A DNA stretch of 64,000 bases. It comes from Chromera velia (Eukaryota). Of the stretch, positions 1 to 11,020 are shown in pieces. The stretch covers positions 1-64,000 of the forward strand of contig JAHBMJ010000421.1 of NCBI GenBank assembly GCA_018398765.1. Reading direction: 5' to 3'. The position numbers and the translations under genes are program-made. The notes below the pieces were generated by a model. The model made no database searches and had not been told where the DNA came from. It worked only from the letters and a program-made list of their open reading frames with translations. How positions within the stretch are numbered: the first letter of the stretch is position 1; every line of letters begins with the position of its first letter.

Positions 1-721
1 TGTCAGGTGAAAATACAAGGAGCCGAGGGGGAAGGAGAAACTATTTGTGGCTATGAGTATGCGGCAGTAGCAACCAGTTCTTTTCAAACCCACCTCATCA
101 ATCAGTCTGACAAACATGTGCAGCTGCTCCAAGAAAGACAGGAGAAGCGGTCGGAGGGGGCGGGGGGGACGAAGCAGCTTGATGTGCGAACGTTTTTCCC
201 CACCAAAGATGAAGTAGAAGCCGTGGTCACACCATATGCAGAGACGCATGAGAAGAGAATCAAGTGCGATATGCTGACCACCGACTTTCTGGCCAGTGTT
301 GGCTGGCCTCATCTCACAGAAAACGAGGCATTGCGAAAGCTGGTCAAGGCACTGGACCCCCGCTATGATCTCCCGTCTGTGGGGAAGGTGCATGAGAAGC
401 AGATTCTCACCTACAAGACGGATCCACAGGTGAAGTACCCCGCTTTTGACCGATTCACCACTGGAGACATGCTGTATGATTCACCATGGAAAGTTATAAT
501 TTTATATATATTTTTTTAAATTTTTGAAACACACATCAGAAATGTTCTGATAACTATTGTCATGAGAAAAATGATCAGAGTGACAGTAAGTCAGTGACTC
601 AGTGAGGAACCCTAAGAGGTTAACCTCAAATCTTACCTCAAATATCAAATATTTGAGGTTGAAGCTCAAATCAAATCAAATCAAATCAAATCAAATATAA
701 TCAAATCAAACATGGTCACTA
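1..721 (+). mobile_element. 3' part of a degenerate hAT-superfamily DNA transposon (transposase fragment plus subterminal repeats and putative right TIR)
   Basis: ORF 7-519 contains 'DFLASVGWPHLTENEALRKLVKALDPRYDLPS', resembling the hAT/Ac transposase segment that follows the BED finger. It is truncated by AT-rich sequence. Subterminal CAAAT repeats (about 625-710) end in CATGGTCACTA at 721 (reverse complement TAGTGACCATG, a hAT-like terminus). Confidence 0.6.
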
Positions 722-795
722 CCTGGAATATGCATCTCTCTGATACACACGTACAGGTTTATAAAACGTCATGTCGACATGCAGTTCCATTCTTG

Positions 796-1941
796 TCAGC
801 AAGGCCATATGAGTTGTCCCCTAAGATGTGCATCTTCCTCTAATCGTTTGACCGACATCTGTCGTCCATGCCCCGCGCATGTGTCCGACAGTTGGTCTAT
901 GCAGGCGGAGAGCAGACGTTTTTTTTGTCGCTGATCCCCCGCAAAATGCACCCGAAAGTCAGAGGTGCGATCACACCTGGGACTTGCCATCCTTCTTTGA
1001 GGTAGAAGCAGCACGTGCTGCATTACCCCCCTGTCTAAGAAATCTTCACTAAATCGCTCACTTCCAATCCCGAAATCTCCTTCCTCGAGAAACTGGTCCC
1101 TCTTGGCCCTCCATTCATCAATTTTTGTGAAATTGCGACCGAAAAGTTTTAAAACAAATGCGCCATTGTCGTTCCGAGAAAAGGAACAGTCATGATGGGA
1201 GGCAGGACACCTCCACCCTGGGGCATCACGCCACAGAACCTCCTCAAACACCTCCCGAAGAAAATTCTTCGACCACTCGGAGGATTTCACAATCCACTGA
1301 CCCGAGTTTATCGGCCATTGTCGATCACCCGTAAAGATGAAAGACTTCCCCCCTGCGTCCCCCAATGCTATAAGACTTTCTAAAGGTATTGTACAATTCA
1401 TCACCATTGCGTCGCTGTCAGTCCAGAAGACAGCCTCATACCCTCTCAACAGCAGTTCGAGCACAAACAAAAGCTTGGCGCTTCTGATGTCCACCCCCTC
1501 AGGGAGGCTCTCGTACCTGTCTGTACGGAAGGCGAAGTCGTACCCCTGCACCTCCGCATAAGAGACCCAGTTAGGAAGGGACTCATCGATGTAGCTCTCT
1601 AATCCCCCTCTTTCCTGTGTGTACAGGAGGCTGGCAATAGCGATTTTTCGGCTTTCGCTTGTCGATGTCAGAGATCGAAAGATTCGATACCCCTGTGGAG
1701 AGCAGGTGCCTGCTGCGTCCGCACTCACCTCCCGGAGAAAGGATGCCCAGAAAACATCAACTCTTGGGATGGCAGTCGGGTGCTTCCTCAAGAGCGACAA
1801 GCCAATGAAACAGAGACCGGCGGAACAGAGAACCGAGAAAAAGAACAAACGAGAGAGAAAAGTTTCTCTCAAGCACTGTATTTGTCGTTGTCGAGCTGTG
1901 AAACCACCAAACTTATCTGGATATGAGAAAGGGGAAGGCAT
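796..1941 (-). CDS. Type II membrane glycosyltransferase, GT34 (GMA12/MNN10 galactosyl/mannosyltransferase)-like, single exon
   Basis: 381-aa ORF with an N-terminal TM segment (LFFFSVLCSAGLCFIGLSLL). GT34-like motifs: 'NWVSYAEVQGYDF', 'KLLFVLELL...YEAVFWTDSDAMVMN' (DxD), 'INSGQWIVKSSEWSKNFLREV', 'DFRVHFAG'. Confidence 0.8.
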   Translation of the reverse strand: MPSPFSYPDKFGGFTARQRQIQCLRETFLSRLFFFSVLCSAGLCFIGLSLLRKHPTAIPRVDVFWASFLREVSADAAGTCSPQGYRIFRSLTSTSESRKIAIASLLYTQERGGLESYIDESLPNWVSYAEVQGYDFAFRTDRYESLPEGVDIRSAKLLFVLELLLRGYEAVFWTDSDAMVMNCTIPLESLIALGDAGGKSFIFTGDRQWPINSGQWIVKSSEWSKNFLREVFEEVLWRDAPGWRCPASHHDCSFSRNDNGAFVLKLFGRNFTKIDEWRAKRDQFLEEGDFGIGSERFSEDFLDRGVMQHVLLLPQRRMASPRCDRTSDFRVHFAGDQRQKKRLLSACIDQLSDTCAGHGRQMSVKRLEEDAHLRGQLIWPC

Positions 1942-2743
1942 GCCAATTTATCTCCCCCAGTCTCAAGATATCCTCCGCAAGTGGCCTGTTGCTCTTTCGT
2001 TATTCTGGACGTCGAGCCGAAGAGATTGTCGGCTGTAGTTTGGATCTCAACAGCGCTGTGCGGGGACATGCCCACTTCGAGGGAAATTTTCTTCTGCCAA
2101 AGGCTAAAAGTGGTCTTTCCCAAACAAGAAAGGGAGAAGTAATGTGCTTATATGGGGGATCTTCGCCGGTTAGTGGCGTTGTTCGTTGACTGCGTCACCT
2201 CGACCACCGATTGAACAGCAGTAACGCTTAGGGATCTAGAATGAAGGTGCGTGAGAGAGCTAAAGAGTTTCGACTATCAACTGGGAGAATGATGCATGGG
2301 GGGTCGAATTAGCCGTCTGACGAAAGGGTGTTGTGGAAGTATTGTGGAAGTGTTCCACGTGCGAGATATCGTGCGAGCCGCATGTCCTGTCCATGCATGC
2401 AGCTGCAGATATATACGGGATACACCCAACCAGTTGGGTGAGTGCCTCGGGGGGCCATTTAGGGGGTCGGCCATAATAAATACGGCATAATTTGATTGCA
2501 TGTCTTGCCTGCAACGCACGCATGGGCAAATGGCGGGGGCCACGGCAACGTGCGCAAAATATGCTTTTCGGGACCGCGCATGAACACATATGCAATTAAC
2601 TCCGTACGAGTTATACTGGAGGGGCACGTATCATGAAGAGCGAAGTATTTAATGCGATCGCGGCTCCGTGCGAGTTGCTTGAGGGGCACATTTTGGAATT
2701 TGGGCGACACCGACCGTGACGGAGACAGAACCGAATCCCCCCC

Positions 2744-2912
2744 CCCAAAAATGAAAAAATGCGTTATATATGTGCGATCTCAGGGCCTCTCGGCTGATCT
2801 CAGCAGAGCTGAGCTGCCCCCCGAGGCGATAGCTGCAGCGCGTAGACGGACGGAGCCCAAAATGAAAAAATGCGTTATGCGAGTGCGTGCGATCTCAGGG
2901 CCTCTTCAGCTG
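2744..2912. repeat. Imperfect ~55-bp direct repeat in the divergent intergenic region
   Basis: CCCAAAA(A)TGAAAAAATGCGTTAT...GTGCGATCTCAGGGCCTCT occurs at about 2744-2796 and 2856-2912. Confidence 0.75.
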
Positions 2913-3200
2913 CCCTCAACTATACGCTTTCCGGGCCATGGGGATATGCATGGCTGTAATTGCATGCCAGGCTGTAGCGGGTTAGGAGGTGTGAACAGGT
3001 ATGCATGCTTGTTTCATCATAATTCAGGAAAGGAAGACGTTTCTGCTCATGTGTTATGACCAGTTCGTGATTTCCCTATATACGAATGGCTTTGGGATCA
3101 GTAACATTCATTGCACGCAAAAAAAAATGAGCCAGAGTTGACGAAATCAAGGTCAGACAGTCAAAGTCTCTTCATATATATATATCCATTCGGAGAAAAG

Positions 3201-3821
3201 ATGCAACCTCAAGTGGTGCAACGACCAATCTACAGGAGGCAGCGTTCACGATCGGCACCTGCCCCTGTGTCACGGAGGAAGTCCGGCATATCCCCCCTTG
3301 ACCTGACTGCACTGGAGGATGACGAAGTTCCCCAAACCTTCTGGGACGTTGCAGACATTGGGGTTCGGTATCTTGATCCCAAATCGCTGACTCCCAGCGA
3401 CAAGCTTGCTCTGTATGCATACTACAAGCAGGGCACCTGCGGAGACTTTACCGGTTCCGCGTCAGCCCTAGGATCGCTGCTAGGCAACCAAGAGTCGATC
3501 AAGCAAATGGTGTGGCAGAACCTGAAAGGGATGACACGAACAGAGGCCCAGAGAAAGTACCTGGAGACCTACGAGCAGCTCTACCGGAAGCTGCACCTGG
3601 AGAAGGAACTCCCAGAGGTACAGGAGTTGTTGTTGAGCAGCATCATTCCGACACGGCACAGAAAAGAGTGGGAGACTGAGGGACATGAGGCCCAGTCTTT
3701 GGCACACTTTGGTGCTGAACTTTACACGACTGTATATCCCGACCAATTGCCGGAAAATCTGGCAAGAGATTACGCATCGAAAGTGGGGATGAGATACAAA
3801 AGGACAATGATGAACAGGTGA
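3201..3821 (+). CDS. Acyl-CoA-binding (ACBP) domain protein; either a stand-alone ORF or exon 1 of a larger gene
   Basis: ATG at 3201. 'LTPSDKLALYAYYKQGTCGD...IKQMVWQNLKGMTRTEAQRKYLETYEQL' matches the ACBP signature (LYxxYKQ..GD...W..LKGM..EA...Y). A possible donor AG|GTGAG at 3817/3818 overlaps the stop codon. Confidence 0.8.
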   Translation: MQPQVVQRPIYRRQRSRSAPAPVSRRKSGISPLDLTALEDDEVPQTFWDVADIGVRYLDPKSLTPSDKLALYAYYKQGTCGDFTGSASALGSLLGNQESIKQMVWQNLKGMTRTEAQRKYLETYEQLYRKLHLEKELPEVQELLLSSIIPTRHRKEWETEGHEAQSLAHFGAELYTTVYPDQLPENLARDYASKVGMRYKRTMMNR

Positions 3822-4023
3822 GGGAGGTTCTTCTGGTTGTGTTCCCTCGTTCACGCACAGATGCATGACCCTTTTTTCCCACAATATTTTTTCTTGACAG
3901 TCGGTCGATTCTTTCTTCATTGTTTTCGATATCATTGTCCGTCTGCGTGGAGTGAGAGACTGCTGCTGTCCTTTTTCATTCGCAGAAGCTGGAGGGAGAG
4001 AGCGAGGGAATGAGAGCTGACGT

Positions 4024-6701
4024 TTGTCTTCCTTCGATTCGTTCTACAATCACTTTGAATTAATGTACGCGTGCACGCTCCAACCAGACAGACACCCAGC
4101 CCACACAGACCCCATCTTATCTTCTTCACTGTGGGCCCACTGCAGATACCTGGTGGACCTCCGGGCAAAGCGAGCGGCAGGTCCAGTGAGTGACACAGAC
4201 TTCAAGAGGTACACAACACAGACCGCATTCTCCAAACTGATGAGGCCCCTGAGAGAACTCGAGGAGGGGGCCCAGAAAGCTTATTTGGCCCTATTAGAGG
4301 AGGCAGAGGGAAAGAGGGGTTTGTGCAATCTCGAGGAGGACGATATCTTTTTGATTGATGCCACTGGGATCTCCGTTCTTCCCGTGAGAGAGGCGGACGG
4401 TTGCTTTGTGGGCCCCTCGGTGATTTTCCTTCGGTCGAAGAAAAACACACAGGTTGGTTGGGTGGGTGGTTGCATGGTTGGTTGGGTGAATTGCTGGGAG
4501 AGATTTCCCCAGGGAAGAAAAAGGAGAGGGGGAGAGGAGGGTATGTCAGACTGCAAAACGACGCAAAGAGCAAACAGCCCGCTTCTCCCTCCATGCATCT
4601 GCGAGTCTTTCCATCTTTCTGTTTTCTGTTGTTTTTCTTCCGACTCCCTGCTTTCCCGATTTGCAGGACGAAGAAGAGGGAAAGGGAAAGACGCCGCAAG
4701 ACCCGACTCCATTCGCAATCGCACTCGAGTGCACTCAGCACGGCACAGAATACCCTCCCCCCGCATCTCAGCGCTTCCCTGCCTGTCTGTCTAACCTCCG
4801 GACAGTAACTCCTGACCAGGGTTTGGCCTGGGAGATGGCAAAGCTGTTCTCCCTCCAGGCTGCAGACTACCTCCAGGGCCTGGGCTTTCATGTGGTCCTC
4901 CATGTGTTGACGATGAACCCGGTGCTGCTGGCATTCCACCGGACTGTGAAGGAGCTTCCAGAGGGAGGGCGGATGAGTGCCTTGGCGTGCATGATGGGGG
5001 AACACGCATTCCTGGCCCTTGCAACCAACTCTTTTGTGTTCCACTCTGAGTACTCGGTGATGTGGCCAGACAACAAAAAGCAGCCGTACGATGCATTCTG
5101 TTGCAGGTCGGTCAGCAGTTTTCCGCTTGTTTGGTTGTTTTTCTAGGTTTTCAGCTGTTTTCAGGTGCTAGCAAGAACAGGAGAGACAACATCAAAAGAG
5201 GTAATGCTTTCTTGGACAGCAGACGGAAGGCATCCTTTGTTCACTCAGTGAAAGTGACAAAAGGCGGGTTTTTCAAAAGCCAGGAGCTCTTCTCTGTCCA
5301 TGAATTTGCGCTTAGCGGGTTGGCGCATGGATGAATGGACATACGGATGGGTAGGTTAGCTAACGGATGAGATTTTTGTTCCGCCATTCTCTTGGCTGCA
5401 GGCAAACACGCAAACAGACAGCTAGACCGGCATGCACTCGACCAGGAGGACGGCCAAAAGATCACATGCATCTCAACTGATCAAGAACATGTTTGAATGA
5501 ATGATTGATTGATTGATTGATCGATTGATTGATTGAATGAATGAATGAATGAATGAATGACTGCTTGATTGAATGAATGATTGACTGAATGAATGAATGA
5601 ATGAATTATTCGATTGATGCATGCATGCAGATGCGACGATTTGCCCCCCGGGGAGTTTGACCACCTCGGGGGCGCATTTCACCTCGCCCGTTTGGCCTTT
5701 GAGGGCGTCGAGGGCCACCCTGTCTACAGGCCAGCTGACGACCTGAAACAAATTCAGATGGAAGCATACGACCGAAAGGGAACAGGAAGCTACCTATGGT
5801 TTCTCTCTAGAGTCCGAGGTGCGGTCCTGCGTTTCGTTGCCTCTGTGTTCTCAGAGATAGAGCACAGAGAGGAGGACAGAGAGTTTGCCGTGAGGCTTGT
5901 AGAGAACCTGAGAAAGACGCTCCCACGAGGAAGCTCTATTTTGAAGAAGCTCCCCCAAACGGACGAAAACGACACTGCAGAAGAGTGCCTTAAATGGGCC
6001 CAGACAGTGCTTGTCTACATGGTCTGTCACTCAGTCGAGCACTGTCTTGACCATTTCCTCTCTGACACAATGGCAGATGCGACTCTGGGCAGAATCCGGG
6101 CTCCGATTGACTTTGACAACACGACAACAGACCTCAGAGCAATTCATACAAAGGTCGGAGGCAGAACGGAAAAGAGACTGAGAGTGGGAATGGGGAGGGG
6201 AAGGGAAAGGTGAAGAGGTGCAGTCATGGATTGACAGACATGCACGAGATCTCCCTCCATGAGTTTGATACTTTTGGTGGCTGTTATGAGCAAAACGAAA
6301 AAAAAAAACTAGAAAGAACACTGACGCATATTTGTTGCAAGTCTGTTTGTCTGTTTGTATGTTACTCTGTGTGAGCGTGGTTCGAGGGAATGACTGACAA
6401 TAGCAAAAATAGACGCTCTCCGTCTGTCTGTGCATCTGTCTGCAGATTGCAAGTTTGAACACGGCGAGCGACAGATCCAAATATTTTCTGATGAATGAAA
6501 TCACAAAGAAGAGCATCCCCGTGAGGACATACGGCCAGGTGATGACGGAAGGCGGGTACTTCCTCTCCCCTCCTTCTTCAAACTCAAATTCCCCTAATTG
6601 CCATCTTCTCCCAAGGGATCTCGCTGAGACCCTTGCAGGTTGCGAGAGCGTCTTCGTGCAGGAGATGACGGCAATCTGTGATGAGGAGTGCGATGCCAGG
6701 G
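4024..6701 (+). CDS. Multi-exon hypothetical protein (possibly the continuation of the ACBP gene), running into an assembly gap
   Basis: Phase-compatible GT-AG exons at about 4024-4452, 4667-5107, 5630-6152 and 6446-6701 splice into an open, protein-like frame. No domain recognised. The 5' junction is unresolved. Confidence 0.55.
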
Positions 6702-8603
6702 NNNNNNNNNNGGGGGGGGGGGGGGTCTCTGCAATTTGCCGACATCGCAACTTCCATCCAATTTTGATCGATCGATCTTTCGAATTTCAACCAATTGGAT
6801 TGTTCGATGGAACGAGAGAGAGAAAACAATCGTACGGACCGTTTTTTAAGTTCGAAACTCTGTTTTCTGAAAGGAAAAAAAAAAAGAAGAACAGACCAAA
6901 TGGTTCTGGCAATCACGGTATTTATTCATCTTCGACCTGAATGTACCTGCATTTAGGGTGGTGGTGCGGGTGCTGAAAGAAACAGACATGCAGGCTGCTT
7001 TCCTTCCTTTCCTCCATTCCTCCCTCACTCTCTTTCCCCTTCGATCTGTCCTTTAGCGATGCTGATTCGCCTATTTCCTTCCTTCCTCCCTCCATTCCTT
7101 TCTTTCCTTTGTGTCTGTCCGTCTGTTTCTTTCTTTCTGTCTGTCTGTCTATCTGTCTGTCTGCCTTCCTTCCTGGCTTCCTTAATTCGTTCATTCCTTT
7201 GTCTTTCTGTGTGTACGTGCGTAAACGCAACCATGCACGTCTGTATGTGACTGACTATATGTGCATCTCCCGTTGCTGCGGAGACGATCGATGGATGCAG
7301 ATGGAGTGTTTCCTTCCTTCCTTCCTTCCTTCCTTCCTTTCTTCTTGCATGAGTGAGACCACGCATACAATTAAGCGAATCAGATTCATGAGCCACCAAA
7401 CATGGGGAAGAATCTTCATCATCCTGAGATGCAGGAAGAGAGACGCAGAGTTGTTCTGATGGTGGCAGGATGAGCCTTTGTGAGGGCCCTCCGCACACCG
7501 CAGAAAGCAGCACAGATCTTTCTGTTTGCATCGATCAGATTCCTGATCGAAGAGAAAAAGCATTAAGAGAGAACGATCCTCGAAGGTCGCATGTGCGCCC
7601 AACTATAGTCACTGGAGACTGAGCCTGAGGAGGTCAGCTCCCTAGTTGTTTTTTGCTTTTTCTCTGTTTTCTGCAGCTTGCAACTTATCCTGTAAGGCAG
7701 TGGCCGAGATTGCCTTTTCAAGTTGACCCATGCAGGCTCAGGGTTGCCAAAGTGGCCGGAAGCCTGAGAACTAGCCTGAAAAAACTGGGGATTAATCGGA
7801 TGTGCGGCTCTCAGTACTGAGCTACACTCCGCCGTGACTGTCGTGCATAATCTAGTACACAATTTTAAATACACTGGCACTATATACATACAGAAACTAA
7901 TGAAAATACTGTGTACAGTTACATGTATAATTACTACAATTAAAGTTACTACTAATTAAAACATAGTACACTTAATGTTATATTAAACCTTCTCTGTCGA
8001 TATTTGGACGCTATTATAGTAAATTTAAATTTAAGAAAAAAAAAGATTGGATTTTTGTAGTAGCAAACAGAGTGGCAATGATTTTGCTAAATATTGAAGT
8101 TGAAAACATACATAACTTGATGTTTTACTAATTTTTTACGAAGAAGAAAATTTAGAAGAAAATTTATTAATATATAAAAGTACCTGATAATACAGTATGT
8201 ATGTCATCAATCCGATCCTATCCTATGTATACAGCTAGGTATACAACTTACTGGTACTAAATTATTTTTTGACTTATAACCCCATAATAGCCTGAGTGGT
8301 ACATTCAATTTACTACTAAGACTCACACAGTGATTATACTTCCAATTATTATATGATATGGTTGTAGTAGGCCATAGAACAGAAAAGCATGTTATAAAAG
8401 CTATTGAGTCTAACTTGAGAGAGCCTGAGCTTTTATTTGGGCTGATATGATCTGTGTCACTGTTACAGAGTGTGCAATTTAATACTTCAGGCTTCTTATA
8501 TTACTTAAAATCATACCACCATCGTGTTACGATTCATGCATGCAAACGAAGATCATATGTGCAGCGCTTACACTCCTAGTCACACTCTCATGGACGTTCT
8601 GAT

Positions 8604-10977
8604 TCATTTTACAACTGTCCGCCGTCGCGCTCCCCTTTTCGTCCCGCCTCCTCCCACGGGCTGAATGGCGAGAGAGCGGGGGTCCGCGAGTCTCTTCTGA
8701 GCCGCGGCTTCACGAGAATGCGCGGGGGGCTTTTTGTATCGGTTGCCTCCCTTTCTTTTCTGCATTGCCGCATCTAGAGCTTCCAGGGCCTCTGCCAAGG
8801 AAAGCTGCAGAGGGTCCGCACCTGCAGGAATGGATGCAAAGTACTTTCCTCTCCGAAGAAAAGGACCCCGCTTAGAGTACCCTACGCTAACAGGTTCGCG
8901 TGTGTCGGGGTCAACTCCCAAGTCTTTCGGATACCCTCTCAGCTGTAGAGCATCGTCTAAAGTGATTGTACGGGCATCTGCAGATGATGGCATTGCAACT
9001 CTTTTAGGCTTGGAGGCATCCCCCTTTCCCTTCCCTGGGACCATCACGGAGTCCCACTGGATGTAGTGACCGTACGGCCCTTTCCGAACTGAGACCGGAG
9101 AATTTGTCTCAGGGTCCATTCCAAGAAGACGAACGTCCACACTCGCAGAGCCCGCCATCTTGTCCCTCTCTGCTGCTCTCATTCTGTCCTCATCACCATC
9201 CGAGTCCTCACACCCGTCCTTTGGATACATCCATGAGTGGTGGTGTATCGGCCTGTACTGAGGGTAGTCCAGAGCCTCCAATTCGAGAGGGGTCACTCCC
9301 GGCTGGGGGGTGCCTGGGGATGCTGCCGTCCCCCCTCCGTTGCTGGCCTCAAAGAGACCCCACACACCCCGGGCACTTTGTTTCTCTTTCTCTTTCTGTC
9401 CCTCTACCTTCTCGCTCTCTGCATCCTCTGTCTCCGTCTGCTGCTCTGCTGCTGTATGGGCACTGACGGCCTTCCCTTCCTCGTCCTTTTCGTCAGTCTG
9501 GACACTCTGATCTGATCCCAAAAGAGGGTCAATGTCACTGTCGGCTTTCACTTGATTCTCTGCAGCAGCCTCCCCCTGCTTCCCTTTTTCTTTTTCCTCT
9601 TCTGCCTGAAGTGCGTCACGCGAGGCCTTCAAAATCGCAGAGAGGAGACCGGGGGATCCTGGGGGCTCGGCAAATGTGCATGACGGGTACTCTGAACATC
9701 CTATGAAAGGGCCTCGCTTTGCAACCAAAAGCTGCAAACGCCCCTTCTTGCATGACGGACAGGGGGGAGACCTCCTCAGAGCCCGCACTCCGTCTTCGCC
9801 TCCCTCTCCTTCTTCTTCGTTTTCCTTTTCGTTCTCCTTCTGCCCTTCTGAGCCAGTCCCTATCTTCATTCTGGAGAGGTCTGTCTTTTCTTCTTGTTGG
9901 CTCTTTCCTTTTTGAGTTTTTGACTCTGTAGCAGGAATAGAACCCTTATTTTCTTTGTCTGACTCTCCCATCTCTGAGACATCGGAGGAAAGCAGAGAAG
10001 AGGAAGAGGATCGCTTCGCGGAAGAAGTAGAAGAAGGAGGAAGGACTTCATCGACACCTGCAAGAAAGCAGGAAGAGAGGGGAAGGAACGTTCAGAGGGA
10101 GGCAGAAAGAAGGGGGAGGGCGGGAGGAAACAAGCAAGCAAGGAGGGAGGGAGGCCGAAAGAAAGATGAAGGAAGCATGATCCATCGAGAAACATGCAGG
10201 GCACAGAAAATGAAAGACAAGTCGCCTCTCCAGTCCAGACTTGCCACTACTTTGCTTCTACTGCCACTCCAAAGGAAGAAAAAAAAGGTCCAGTCTCCTC
10301 CAAGATATTCTTCCGTATCTTTACACACTTTCTCATTGTGACCCTTGGGTTATCACTGCCAACCCCAAGAAACAAACAGGCAGACAGAGACAAATACCCC
10401 TTCCTTCCAGTGTGTCGTGCCCCCCCATGATCCCTGACCGAAGAGGGTTCGACGGAGTGCCGCTTCGAGTCTCTCTGCGACGTCCTGTCTCTGCCATGCC
10501 ATCGCAACATCGCATTGTTCCCTGCAGATTAGTAGTAGAAGAGATTTGAACGGAATTCTCATTTTATTTGATTGCTTGTGGTCCTGTGTCTCCATTCAAG
10601 CGTCGATTCATTTCTCAGTAGACTGATGTCTCAAAAGGCGTGGAATAAAGTCAAAACAAGGTTTTACAAATAAAACTAACGACGCTAGATGATTTCACAC
10701 GCACTGCGGCACGAAACAGAAACAGCAGTCACGTCATCCTTTTGCCTGCTAGGGTCCGATGAAGACTTACTTCCCCAACGTCAGGCAAAGTTTTGGTATA
10801 GATGTTCCTTTTCTGTTGCTCACGCTTCTTTCTTTGTATTCTCTCTCTTTGTCCACCTGACTAGCTGACTTGAAGGGATGGAAGAAACGTCTCAGCAAAG
10901 GCCTCCATTTTCGATGACCCCGCGCGATCCCGTCGAGATTGTCTTCCATCTGTACACACGGACACGGATGTATACAT

Positions 10978-11020
<43 letters not shown>

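Noticed and set aside
6702..6724. N-run flanked by poly-G (also 17478-17539 with poly-C)
   Set aside because: Assembly gaps at homopolymers. Continuity across them, including the ORF-track frames, cannot be trusted.
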